From: an uncultured Fibrobacterota bacterium
GTDB taxonomy: Bacteria; Fibrobacterota; Chitinivibrionia; Chitinivibrionales; FEN-1185
Direction of reading: 5' to 3'
NCBI GenBank assembly: GCA_963729895.1
Contig: CAVSQB010000011.1
Location: 64,001 to 128,000 of the forward strand
DNA: 64,000 nt
Shown here: positions 49,695-59,137 of the stretch, one piece after another
How positions within the stretch are numbered: position 1 is the first letter of the stretch
How the letters are laid out: each line of letters opens with the position of its first letter
Program-made: the position numbers and the translations under genes
The notes under the pieces: model-generated
Databases searched by the model: none
What the model saw: the letters and a program-made list of their open reading frames with translations, nothing else
What the model was told of the DNA's origin: nothing

Positions 49695-50398
49695 TGGCGG
49701 AGGGAAAAAGAATACTCATAATCGACGACGAACTCCAGATCCGGCGTTTTCTGAGAGTCACCCTTGAGGCGAACGGGTACCGGGTCCTTGAGGCGTCCAC
49801 CGCCAAGGATGGGATCTACAAAGCGGCCACCGATCGGCCGGACGCCATCGTGCTCGATCTTGGACTGCCGGATATGGACGGCGGCACCGTCTTGACGCAG
49901 GTGAGGGAATGGAGCGCGGTGCCCGTGATTATCCTCAGCGTGCGGGACGACGAGAAGGGCAAGGTGGCGGCGCTGGACGCCGGCGCGGACGATTATGTCG
50001 TCAAGCCGTTCGGCGTCAACGAACTGGTTGCACGGCTCCGGGTCGCCTTGCGCCGCGGCCGCGAGGGCGCGGAGGAAATCACGGAATTCCGGAATTGCAA
50101 CCTGCATGTAGATCTTGTAAACCGGATTGTGAAACTCGGCGGTTCGCCGGTGAAACTCACCGCCACGGAATATTCTCTCTTACTGCAATTCGTCAAGAAC
50201 GCGGGAAAAGTCCTGACCCACCGACACTTGATGAAGGAAATCTGGGGGCCGTACCGCGAAGACGAGACCCAGTACCTGCGCGTCTACATCGCGCAGCTTC
50301 GCAAGAAGCTTGAGGCCGATCCTTCCCGGCCCGCGCTTCTCGTCACGGAATCCGGCGTCGGGTACCGGATGCCGGTGGCTCAACCTTCCGAAGGTTGA
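49694..50398 (+). CDS. kdpE: OmpR-family response regulator
   Basis: 'LDLGLPDMDG', 'GADDYVVKPF', 'YLRVYIAQLRKKLE', 'GVGYR'. Confidence 0.93.
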   Translation: MAEGKRILIIDDELQIRRFLRVTLEANGYRVLEASTAKDGIYKAATDRPDAIVLDLGLPDMDGGTVLTQVREWSAVPVIILSVRDDEKGKVAALDAGADDYVVKPFGVNELVARLRVALRRGREGAEEITEFRNCNLHVDLVNRIVKLGGSPVKLTATEYSLLLQFVKNAGKVLTHRHLMKEIWGPYREDETQYLRVYIAQLRKKLEADPSRPALLVTESGVGYRMPVAQPSEG

Positions 50399-50405
50399 AT
50401 CTCCT

Positions 50406-50624
50406 AGCGAGCGCATTGTCACTTCGTTCCCTAAGGTATGGTAGTTGCGCTTCGCGCTTTGTATTGTCGTTTGCCTTTTCCCCGAAGGTTCGCTTGGGCG
50501 GCTTCTCCTGGAGCGTTGCACGCAGTGGTAGTCGTGGTGCTTCGGGGTCAGCGAGCGACTGTAGATATATCTTTTTCCTTGGGGATTGAAGATTTCTCGT
50601 CCCGCGGGACGAGAAATCTTCAAT
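50406..50624 (-). repeat. rearranged copy of the 28566 repeat unit ending in a perfect 40-bp palindrome
   Basis: Segments homologous to 28593-28703 on the minus strand; ATTGAAGATTTCTCGTCCCG|CGGGACGAGAAATCTTCAAT at 50585-50624. Confidence 0.75.
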
Positions 50625-50819
50625 TTAATCTTGAATTAGGTTTCTATTTGAGATAATATTACATTGAGAAGGACCAACCCGGCGCATCCGGGTTTGACCG
50701 TGCGCGGCGTTGTTGAAAAGAATCACTCGCTGCGGCGAATGACACAAAAGGCAGGTTCGTCGGGTCTAACGAATTCTGCTCAATAAAGTTAGGACCCCTG
50801 AAAAGACCGCGGGAATTTC

Positions 50820-53228
50820 ATGGAATCAATAAAGCAGTCTTATCACCGGTATCTCCGGTATTTTCTCGCAAAGGACGATGCAACCGCCACGCCCCACGAC
50901 AGGTATATGGCGCTCTCCTACGCCGTGCGCAGCGAAATGGTTGACCGGTGGATAGAAACCCAGCGCGGTTACCACCGCACAAACGTAAAGCGCGTCTATT
51001 TCCTTTCCATGGAATACATCTTTGGGAGGAGTCTGCCGCAGAATATCCTGAGTCTTGACATTGAGAAAGACGTGACCGCGCTGGCCGGAGAGCTCGGTTT
51101 CTCCCTCAAAGAAATTTGCAACCAGGAAGATTCTTTCGATCTGGGAAACGGCGGCAAGGCAAGGCTCGCAGCATGCCTTCAGGATGCGATGGCAACTGCC
51201 GGGCTTCCGGCGATGGCCTACGGCCTGAGATACGATTACGGCCAGTTCCACCAGGCGATAGAAGGCGGCGTGCAGGTGGAAAAGCCGTACAACTGGCTGC
51301 ACAAGGGCCATCCGTGGGAGGTTATACGTCCAGAATATTCCTGCGAAGTAAATTTCTACGGGTCTGCCGACCGTGCCGGCAGGGCCGACAACCCGCTGGC
51401 CGGAGTGTGGAAAGATCCCGAGCGGGTGGTTGCGGTCCCGTACGATTTTCCGATTGCCGGCTTTAGAAACTCCACCGTCAATACCCTGCGTTTGTGGGTC
51501 GCGCGCGCGTCCGAGGAGTTTTTGCCCGATTATGCAAATCACGGCGACTACCTGCGGGCTTGTGAAGACAAGTCGCGCTCCGGCACCATAACCAAAGTCC
51601 TGTTCCCTGATGAAGATGTCCTGAGGGCCACGGAACTGAGGCTCAAACAGCAATTTTTCCTGGTGAGCGCTTCGCTGCAGGACATACTAAGGCGTTTCAA
51701 GACCGGCAACGCCGATCTTCTGAAACTCGATGAAAAAGTGGTCATACAACTGAGCGGCAGCAACTGCGCCCTGGCCGTTCCCGAACTGGTTCGCCAGCTT
51801 GTTGACATCGAAAACGTGCCGTGGAACAAGGCATGGAACGTGGTTACCAGGGTATTCGCCTACACGAGCAACGCGGTGTCGCGCGAGCACCTGGAAGCCT
51901 GGCCGGTGTACCTCATGTCGCAGATATTTCCTCGGCACATGCAGATCATTTACGAAATCAACCAGATCCACCTTACCGGGGTCCGCGAAAAATACGGCGA
52001 CAACAACGACCTGATCCGCGATCTTTCGCTCATTGCAGAAGGCGAGGTAAGGCGCGTGAAACTCGGCCATCTCGCCGCCCTGGGTTCCGGTGTCGTAAAC
52101 GGGGTGTCCGGCGCGCAAACCGAAATGCTCAAGACGTCGGTGCTGCCGGAATTCATGGTAGTGTCGCCCGGGAAATTCCAGACCAAAACAAACGGCGTTT
52201 CCCACCGGCGCTGGTTGCTGTGCGCGAACCGTGCGCTTGGGGACCTGATTTCCGGCGCCATAGGCGACGGGTGGATCAAGCGGCCGGAGGAACTGATCAA
52301 GCTCGAGGCGTTTGCATCGGATGCGGCGTTTCTCGAAAAGACCGCGAGCGTGCGGTTCGAGGCGAAGCGGGCGCTTGCGGAGTACATCAAGTTGACAACG
52401 GGCATTACCGTTGACCCGCAGGCAATGTTCGACGTGCAATGCAAGAAGATTCACCAGTACAAGCGCCAGGTCCTGCACGTGCTCCATATACTGTCGCGGT
52501 ATCTGCGGGTCAAGCGGGGAGAGGTTCCCGCGGCCAACCGGGTGCACATCTTTGCCGGAAAAGCGGCGCCATCGGATCAATTGGCCAAACAGATCATCAG
52601 GCTTATCAACCTCGCCGGGGAAATCGTGAATAACGATCCGGAGGTTAGCGGAGCCATCAAGGTTGTGTTTTTGCCGGACTACGGGGTTACTGTGGCCGAG
52701 AAGATCGTCCCGGCCGCCGATCTCTCGGAGCAGATAGCCACGCCCGGACAGGAAGCGAGCGGCACCGGTAACTCAAAGTTCGCCATCAACGGCGGACTGC
52801 TCATGGCCAGCAAGAGCGGGTCGAACATAGAGATAATCGACCGTGTGGGAGCGGAAAATGTCTTTGTGTTCGGCAGAAGCTCCGCGGAACTTCCTTCTGT
52901 CAACGCTTATCAGGCCTACGACGTGCTGTCGGCCAGCGCGGCGCTCTCCGCAGTTTTCAAACTCCTCCAGGAACAACTAGACCGCCTTCCGCCGAACGCA
53001 GTAAGCTTTCGCCCGCTCCTGTCGACGCTCATGGATTCGGACCGCTATTTCGTGCTTCTCGACTTTGACGATTATGTCCGCAAGCAGAATGAGGCCGATG
53101 TGCTGTTCGGTACGTCGAGGGAGTGGACGAAAAGAGGTCTTGTGAATATCGCGCGCTGCGGCTATTTTTCTATTGACAGGACAATCGGCGAATACGCGGC
53201 CGATATCTGGAAAGTAAAGCGGCAATAA
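50820..53228 (+). CDS. glycogen/starch phosphorylase homologue (GT35) with a divergent active site
   Basis: Full-length GlgP-like sequence ('LRLKQQFF', 'TNGV..RRW', 'GKAAP', 'EASGTGNSK'), but several conserved motifs are altered. Confidence 0.88.
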   Translation: MESIKQSYHRYLRYFLAKDDATATPHDRYMALSYAVRSEMVDRWIETQRGYHRTNVKRVYFLSMEYIFGRSLPQNILSLDIEKDVTALAGELGFSLKEICNQEDSFDLGNGGKARLAACLQDAMATAGLPAMAYGLRYDYGQFHQAIEGGVQVEKPYNWLHKGHPWEVIRPEYSCEVNFYGSADRAGRADNPLAGVWKDPERVVAVPYDFPIAGFRNSTVNTLRLWVARASEEFLPDYANHGDYLRACEDKSRSGTITKVLFPDEDVLRATELRLKQQFFLVSASLQDILRRFKTGNADLLKLDEKVVIQLSGSNCALAVPELVRQLVDIENVPWNKAWNVVTRVFAYTSNAVSREHLEAWPVYLMSQIFPRHMQIIYEINQIHLTGVREKYGDNNDLIRDLSLIAEGEVRRVKLGHLAALGSGVVNGVSGAQTEMLKTSVLPEFMVVSPGKFQTKTNGVSHRRWLLCANRALGDLISGAIGDGWIKRPEELIKLEAFASDAAFLEKTASVRFEAKRALAEYIKLTTGITVDPQAMFDVQCKKIHQYKRQVLHVLHILSRYLRVKRGEVPAANRVHIFAGKAAPSDQLAKQIIRLINLAGEIVNNDPEVSGAIKVVFLPDYGVTVAEKIVPAADLSEQIATPGQEASGTGNSKFAINGGLLMASKSGSNIEIIDRVGAENVFVFGRSSAELPSVNAYQAYDVLSASAALSAVFKLLQEQLDRLPPNAVSFRPLLSTLMDSDRYFVLLDFDDYVRKQNEADVLFGTSREWTKRGLVNIARCGYFSIDRTIGEYAADIWKVKRQ

Positions 53229-53324
53229 ACGGCAGCCGCCTCCATGCTTCGGTCGCGGGCCATTCCTATCCTGCATTATTCATAATTCATGCAGAGCGGG
53301 CAGAGTAACGATCGCGTTTTTCTT

Positions 53325-55070
53325 ATGAAAAAAGAAGAAAAGCTCACGGGCATTGCCATTGTCGGGGGAAAAGGCCTCGGGAATGCCTATTTTGTCGGCC
53401 GCGGGGTGGAGCAGCCTTCGGCCGTTTCCATTTCCAGGCAGGATGTGGGCGACCAGATCATGCGGTTCAACGAGATCCGCGAAAAAGCAAAAAAAGAGTA
53501 CGGCCAACTGGCGAAACAGGCGGTTTCTTCCGTAACGCCTTCGATCCTTCCGATCTACGAACACATCCTGGACGATCCGTCGTTCATCGGCCAGGTGGTG
53601 GAAACGATTTCCACCAAGCTGTACGACCTTGAGACTTCGGTCCGGCTGGTCCTCAACGACCTTGTCAAACGATTCAACTCCGCCGGAACTCCGTATCTCC
53701 GGGAGCGCAGCGGCGACATCGTCGAGGTTTGCGAAAAGCTGATTTCCTATTTGTATCAGGACGACGGAAGGGCCAAGAGTTTCATGGAACCCGTTGTTCT
53801 CGTGGTGCTGAGAACATTCACTCCCTCCGACATTCTTTCCTACGACAAGTCGATGATCCGGGCGGTGATCAGCGCAAGCGGCGGCAAGACCTCGCATGCG
53901 GCGATCATCGCACGCGCCTATTCGATACCCGTGGTTTCCGGGATAAAGGACATTGAGAAGAGCGTGTGTCCGGGTGACCAGCTCTTTGTGGATGCGGACA
54001 AGGGCGTTGTTCACGTGAGGCCGAGCGCGGCTGTGGTGAGCAAGGTGCCGCGGCAGAGGGCGTTGCAGGATGAGTTGGAAAAGCTGCAAAACAAGTGGCA
54101 GCGGCCGGTTTACACGCGGGACGGCATTCACATTGAAGTGCTGGCCAATATTTCGCTTCCCGAGGATGTTGAAGAGGCGAACCGCTGCGGCGCGGACGGC
54201 ATAGGACTCGTACGTACCGAATATTTGCTTTCGAACAGAAAGAGTTTCCCGGACGAGGCCGCGCAATGCTCCTACTACGAAAAAATCTTCGCAGGCATTG
54301 GGAACAAGCACTGCGTGATAAGAATCATGGACATCGGCGGCGATAAGGTCCCGGAGTTTTTCGACATGCCCGCCGAATTCAACCCATTCATGGGGTGGCG
54401 CGCCATCCGGATCCTTCTCGAACGCAAGGACCTTTTTGAAACGCAGTTGTCGGCCATCATGAAGGCGGGGAAGAAGCAGGATTATTCCATTATGGTTCCC
54501 ATGGTCACTACATTACAGGAATGGCTGGAAGCAAAGAAAGTGATAGCTGCCGTTGCGTCCAATCTTGGTGTGAAAATGCCTCAGTGCGGAGTGCTCTTTG
54601 AGGTGCCTCTTGCCATCCTCGAAATGAACACGTTTATGAAAGAGATTGATTTTGCTTCTATTGGGACAAACGATCTCATCCAATATCTGAGCGCTGCAGA
54701 CCGAAACAACTCCAAAGTGAACTATCTTTACAATCCAATTGAGCCTGCGTTTCTCCGGATTATCAAGAACGCCATCAACGTATCGAAAGACAACGGCAAA
54801 CCTCTTTCGATCTGCGGTGAAATGGCGGGGAATGCGTTCCATTCCATTTTGCTCGTCGGACTCGGGCTCAAACGGTTCAGCGTCATTCCAAGGACTATTC
54901 CCATTCTGAAAGAGCTGATTTCACGCGTGAGTTTTGCTGAGGCCGCAGAAAGCGTTTCCCACATCGATTCCCTCGACTCAACCGAGGAAGTTTCCAGGTG
55001 GCTCAAGAGCCTGCACAAGCGGCTTCTTGGAGAACTGCTTGACAAACTTCCGCTTACCGCAGAAGTGTAG
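53325..55070 (+). CDS. ptsI: PTS Enzyme I (phosphoenolpyruvate-protein phosphotransferase)
   Basis: 'GGKTSHAAIIAR' phospho-His, 'GIGLVRTE', 'NPFMGWRAIR', 'SIGTNDL', 'CGEMAG'; alternative start 53289. Confidence 0.93.
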   Translation: MKKEEKLTGIAIVGGKGLGNAYFVGRGVEQPSAVSISRQDVGDQIMRFNEIREKAKKEYGQLAKQAVSSVTPSILPIYEHILDDPSFIGQVVETISTKLYDLETSVRLVLNDLVKRFNSAGTPYLRERSGDIVEVCEKLISYLYQDDGRAKSFMEPVVLVVLRTFTPSDILSYDKSMIRAVISASGGKTSHAAIIARAYSIPVVSGIKDIEKSVCPGDQLFVDADKGVVHVRPSAAVVSKVPRQRALQDELEKLQNKWQRPVYTRDGIHIEVLANISLPEDVEEANRCGADGIGLVRTEYLLSNRKSFPDEAAQCSYYEKIFAGIGNKHCVIRIMDIGGDKVPEFFDMPAEFNPFMGWRAIRILLERKDLFETQLSAIMKAGKKQDYSIMVPMVTTLQEWLEAKKVIAAVASNLGVKMPQCGVLFEVPLAILEMNTFMKEIDFASIGTNDLIQYLSAADRNNSKVNYLYNPIEPAFLRIIKNAINVSKDNGKPLSICGEMAGNAFHSILLVGLGLKRFSVIPRTIPILKELISRVSFAEAAESVSHIDSLDSTEEVSRWLKSLHKRLLGELLDKLPLTAEV

Positions 55071-55216
55071 CGACCCTGTTTGGAACTTTTGGGCTGGGGG
55101 AGCGGCGTAGAGCCGTGATTTTGCGGGTGTGCTTGTGGGAAGCCCCAAGTAATTTGCCTTATTTTGTGCTGCATTCATAAGCGCGAGAGGGAAGCCTGCG
55201 GCGTTTTCTTGAAAAG

Positions 55217-55333
55217 AGACCACGCCCTATAGGCGTGGAGCACAACGTTACGAAAAAGCACTGACGTGCTTTCTTTGATTTCGTGGGTTTTACCCCCTCA
55301 TCAAAGCCACGGCCTATGGCCGTGGTTCTTTAC
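55217..55333 (-). mobile_element. ~115-bp non-autonomous element with IS200/IS605-like ends
   Basis: Related subterminal hairpins CCACGCC-CTATA-GGCGTGG (55220-55238) and CCACGGCC-TAT-GGCCGTGG (55307-55325); no ORF. Confidence 0.6.
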
Positions 55334-55461
55334 TCGTCAATGCCCCCTAAATCCCCCGAAGGGGGACGTATCGGAAAAAGCATTTGGATGACAACATCAG
55401 CGCCTTGCAAGCGGGGCGAATAAAGAAAGATGCAAAATGCAGAAGTAGGCTCGACACCGTC

Positions 55462-56286
55462 TTATTTCCCCGGCCGGAGCAGTATCCTGGAAAAGAACAG
55501 CAGGTGGAATTCCAGGTTTGTCCGTGCGTATGAGGGATCGTGGCCGCCCGGCCTCTCATAATATTCGTGCCTGATGCCGAGGGCGATGAGCTTTTCGTGG
55601 GCTTTTCTGTTTCCGGCAAGTGCAAAATCGGAAACCCCGCAGTCGAGAATGATGCCCTTGTTGAGACCGCCGAGTTTTTCGCATAGCGTGAGAAAGGAAT
55701 TTTCTTTCCACGCAGCCGCGTTTTCCCGGATGTCGCCCAGGACCGCCGACAAATCCCACTGGCCGGGAAACTCGGAAAGTTCCATGATGCCGCTGATGCT
55801 TCCGGCGCCGCAGAACAGATCCGGGTGCCTTGCCAGCAGCGTTGTCGCTCCGTGTCCGCCCATGCTCGAGCCGATGACGGCGCGCCCTTGCGCCCCGGCC
55901 CAGGTGCGATAGTTCTTGTCGATAAAGGGCAGGACGCCTTTGACGATGTAGGATTCAAATTGCGATTCCGGCTTGACCCGACTGTCTATGTACCACGAAT
56001 TGAAATTGCCGTCAGGGCATACAAAGATGATCCGGTACCTGTCTGCGTACGCGTCGATTGACGCAACCTTTGACCACGTTGAGTAATCTCCACTGTAGCC
56101 GTGAAGCAAATAAACAACCGAAAAATGATTGGTGCTATTCTTGTATTCATCAGGGGTTACGATTGTCGCCTTAAAGCTCTTCTTCATGCCTTGGCTGGGG
56201 ATGGAGACGACTGATTCCTGCGCAGGGTAGGCCGCGGCACATACAAGCAGGCAAAAAAATAGATGTTGACAAAGGAATTTCTTCAT
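55462..56286 (-). CDS. secreted alpha/beta-hydrolase esterase (XynC/tributyrin esterase-like)
   Basis: 'YLLHG', nucleophile motif 'GSSMGG', 'DCG..D', 'PGGH'; signal peptide. Confidence 0.85.
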   Translation of the reverse strand: MKKFLCQHLFFCLLVCAAAYPAQESVVSIPSQGMKKSFKATIVTPDEYKNSTNHFSVVYLLHGYSGDYSTWSKVASIDAYADRYRIIFVCPDGNFNSWYIDSRVKPESQFESYIVKGVLPFIDKNYRTWAGAQGRAVIGSSMGGHGATTLLARHPDLFCGAGSISGIMELSEFPGQWDLSAVLGDIRENAAAWKENSFLTLCEKLGGLNKGIILDCGVSDFALAGNRKAHEKLIALGIRHEYYERPGGHDPSYARTNLEFHLLFFSRILLRPGK

Positions 56287-56331
56287 GAGGAGCGGCCCGA
56301 AGGATCCGGCACTTTCCAAAAGAACGAGACG

Positions 56332-56883
56332 CTAGTTTCGTTCCATGCCGATAAGATTGAGAAACTCGTCGCGCGTGACGTGTTCGGACCTGAAACTGCC
56401 GAGCATGGCTGAGGTGATCATCTTGGAATTCTGTTTTGTGACCCCTCGCATCATCATGCACAGGTGCTGCGCCTCGATGACGACACCGACTCCTTCGGCC
56501 TTTATGGGCTTCATGAGGCATGAGGCGATCTGCTGCGTCAGCCTTTCTTGCACCTGGAGCCTCCTGGAAAAACAATCCACGAGCCTGGCAAGCTTGCTCA
56601 CGCCGTAGACCTTGTTCTTGGCAATGTAGCCGATGTGGCACCTGCCGAAAAAGGGGAGCATGTGGTGTTCGCACATGCTGTATACTTCGATGTCTCTCAC
56701 TATGATCATGTGGTCGCACGGTTCGTGGAAAATCGCGCGCTTCAAGATAGCGCAGGGATCTTCTTTGTATCCCTGCATAAGATATTCCATCGAGCGTTTC
56801 ACGCGGGCCGGCGTGTTGCGCAGCCCCTCTCGGTTGGGGTCCTCGCCGATATGCCTGAGAATCTTTCGAATCGAGTCTTCCAT
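56332..56883 (-). CDS. folE: GTP cyclohydrolase I
   Basis: 'REGLRNTPARV', 'SMCEHHMLPF', 'RLQVQERLT', 'HLCMMMRGV'. Confidence 0.97.
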   Translation of the reverse strand: MEDSIRKILRHIGEDPNREGLRNTPARVKRSMEYLMQGYKEDPCAILKRAIFHEPCDHMIIVRDIEVYSMCEHHMLPFFGRCHIGYIAKNKVYGVSKLARLVDCFSRRLQVQERLTQQIASCLMKPIKAEGVGVVIEAQHLCMMMRGVTKQNSKMITSAMLGSFRSEHVTRDEFLNLIGMERN

Positions 56884-57000
56884 GGAAGCCCGCTGAGCGA
56901 GTGGACGGAAACAACAAAACCGGCAGCCTTAACATCATAATATATATTTTGATTCGTACCTTGGTGAACACACGTTTCGTACCGAAAGGCTCTGGCCGGA

Positions 57001-58056
57001 ATGATTTCGGGCGATTCCTACAAATCCTACTCCAAAGCCTTGTTCCTCCTTGTGGCGCTGGTTGTGGTGTTGTTTATCGGAACCGGCGTTCTCAAGATTG
57101 TACTGTCTCCGGCAAGGCCGATACGGGCTCTTTTTGGAGCGGAAGTGGTGGATGGCGTCCAGTATCGTGAAGAGCAGAAGGATTCGGTCACCAAGCGGCT
57201 TGCAGGATTCTGGCAGAACACCACTGTCGATACGGTAATTCCGTTTGTGCAAACGACTGATAAAATTGAGTTGAAGCCCAACGGGATATTCTGGAAAGTG
57301 GAGATCACACGCATTGCTTTGCCCTCAGGAGATTCCACATCCTGGATCGAAACAGCAACCGGGTATATGAGACCTTACTATCACACCGGTTCTGTTCCCG
57401 ACAGCATTTCCGGTCAAATCCACTTTATAGGCAAGGCCGTGGCAACGAGGTTGGAAACATGCTATGTGGCCATTCCGCGAACGGATGTGTCAACATTGCT
57501 TCTTCCTCAGTTGCAGTCCAAGCCGAAGGGGGGGAGTGACACAATAGTTGTGGATACGATATGGCACCTTGTAAGCGACGGGAAACGTCTTCTGCTCGGC
57601 AACAAGCTGTTTTCCGGTTACGATACGTCCGGACCGGCGTTGTACTCCTTTTTTCCAAAGGGTAGCACGGAATTGATCAACAACATTCACCTCGTAGGGT
57701 GCGGAACCGCATCGTCCCCGGAATCGATCATCAAACGTGATCTTACTGCAGACTTTGGAAGGATGTCGGTATCATCCCGTTCACAGGATGATCTTCTGGT
57801 TGAAATCAAAAGATACTACAGAATTCTATTCGCACAAAATCTTGCCCAACGGGTTACCGTATTCAAAAAGGGGAAAGCTGAACTCATGTTTTGCGTCACC
57901 GGGTCCGGAAAAGTGGCCGGGCCGATACGCGTCAAGAGCAATCCGTGGAACATGAAGCTCGACAAGGAACTCAAGCAGGAAGTGCAGACATGGGTCTTTC
58001 CTTCGTGTCCGGCGCAGGGAGAACCGGTGAAAGTGTCGTTTACGGTTAACTATTAG
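57001..58056 (+). CDS. membrane-anchored hypothetical protein with C-terminal TonB-C-like domain
   Basis: N-terminal TM helix; C-terminal 'GKAELMFCVTGSGKV...WVFP...VKVSFTVNY'. Confidence 0.55.
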   Translation: MISGDSYKSYSKALFLLVALVVVLFIGTGVLKIVLSPARPIRALFGAEVVDGVQYREEQKDSVTKRLAGFWQNTTVDTVIPFVQTTDKIELKPNGIFWKVEITRIALPSGDSTSWIETATGYMRPYYHTGSVPDSISGQIHFIGKAVATRLETCYVAIPRTDVSTLLLPQLQSKPKGGSDTIVVDTIWHLVSDGKRLLLGNKLFSGYDTSGPALYSFFPKGSTELINNIHLVGCGTASSPESIIKRDLTADFGRMSVSSRSQDDLLVEIKRYYRILFAQNLAQRVTVFKKGKAELMFCVTGSGKVAGPIRVKSNPWNMKLDKELKQEVQTWVFPSCPAQGEPVKVSFTVNY

Positions 58057-58120
58057 GGCGGCTTTTTTAATAACCTTGTGGTGGCTGAAGGCCGGAGTCA
58101 GGTTAGGCGCACATCAAGAA

Positions 58121-58161
58121 CCTCACCCCCTTTCCCCCTCTCCCACAAGGAGAGGGGTGAG
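58121..58161. repeat. palindromic CCCCTCTCC/GGAGAGGGG element
   Basis: CCTCACCCCC...CCCCTCTCC-CACAA-GGAGAGGGG-TGAG; related to 34839-34906. Confidence 0.65.
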
Positions 58162-58220
58162 AGCCATAAATAAACAAAGAACGGTATCTTCAAACGATTC
58201 GGCAGTCAGGAACGAGGCAC

Positions 58221-59045
58221 ATGGACAAACTGGAAGAACTTAAGAGAATAATCGCGCACTGGGAGTCCGCCGTGGTCGCATTTTCCGGCGGCGTGGATAG
58301 CACGTTTCTGGCGTGGGCGTGCGCGTCGGTGCTTGGCGAGAAAGTCCTGCTGGTCACGGCGCAGTCGTCCACCTATCCGGCGTCGGAACTCGACGGCGCA
58401 AAGCAATCCGCAAAGATCCTCGGGTGCAAGCACCGGGTGATAGTGTCGGAGGAAACCGACATACCGGGGTTTTCCGACAACACGCCCAACCGGTGTTATT
58501 TCTGCAAGAGCGAGCTTTTCACCAAGATCCGGACCATCGCCGGGGAAGAAGGGTATGCCGTTGTTTTTGACGGCAGCAATATGGACGATACCCGCGACTA
58601 CCGTCCCGGAAGGCAGGCGCTCGCGGAGCTGGGCATCCGGTCGCCGCTGATCGAGGCAAAATTGACAAAAGATGAAATACGTTCCTACTCGAAGCAGGCC
58701 GGCCTGCCCACGGCCTCCAAACCCTCGTTTGCCTGTCTCGCGTCGCGTTTTCCCTACGGCGAGCGCATCACGAGGGACAAGCTGGACAGGGTGGGAATGG
58801 CCGAACAGACGCTGCGCCTGATGGGGTTCACGCAATTCCGGGTTCGCAGCCACGGCGATGTGGCCAGGCTTGAGTTTGTGGAGACCGAAATGGACAAGGG
58901 CTGGCAGCAGCGGCGGGTGATTGAAGACGCGCTCAAGCAGGCCGGGTTTACCTATGTGGCGGTTGACACAAGGGGATACCGGACGGGTGCGATGAACGAG
59001 GCGCTGGGCGAGAAGAATGCCAGGGGCTCCTCGCCGGGCGCTTGA
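58221..59045 (+). CDS. larE: ATP-dependent sacrificial sulfur transferase, LarE family
   Basis: PP-loop 'AFSGGVDS', 'RCYFCK', 'DYRPG', 'ACLASRFPYG', 'GYRTGAMN'. Confidence 0.9.
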   Translation: MDKLEELKRIIAHWESAVVAFSGGVDSTFLAWACASVLGEKVLLVTAQSSTYPASELDGAKQSAKILGCKHRVIVSEETDIPGFSDNTPNRCYFCKSELFTKIRTIAGEEGYAVVFDGSNMDDTRDYRPGRQALAELGIRSPLIEAKLTKDEIRSYSKQAGLPTASKPSFACLASRFPYGERITRDKLDRVGMAEQTLRLMGFTQFRVRSHGDVARLEFVETEMDKGWQQRRVIEDALKQAGFTYVAVDTRGYRTGAMNEALGEKNARGSSPGA

Positions 59046-59137
59046 GGGAGGCGACGGGCGTCCAGGGTGAAGGTTTTGCAGCGAGCTTCCTGCGGCGCAA
59101 CGGCCGAGTGAGTGATGTGTTTGACCGGAGACATTAG

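Noticed and set aside
50739..50819. Upstream ORF or frameshifted N-terminal extension of the phosphorylase-like gene
   Set aside because: In-frame stops and no convincing RBS; the alternative-frame peptide is too short to support a call
58221..59045. Nickel-pincer cofactor (lar) gene cluster
   Set aside because: Only larE is present; no larA, larB or larC in the window
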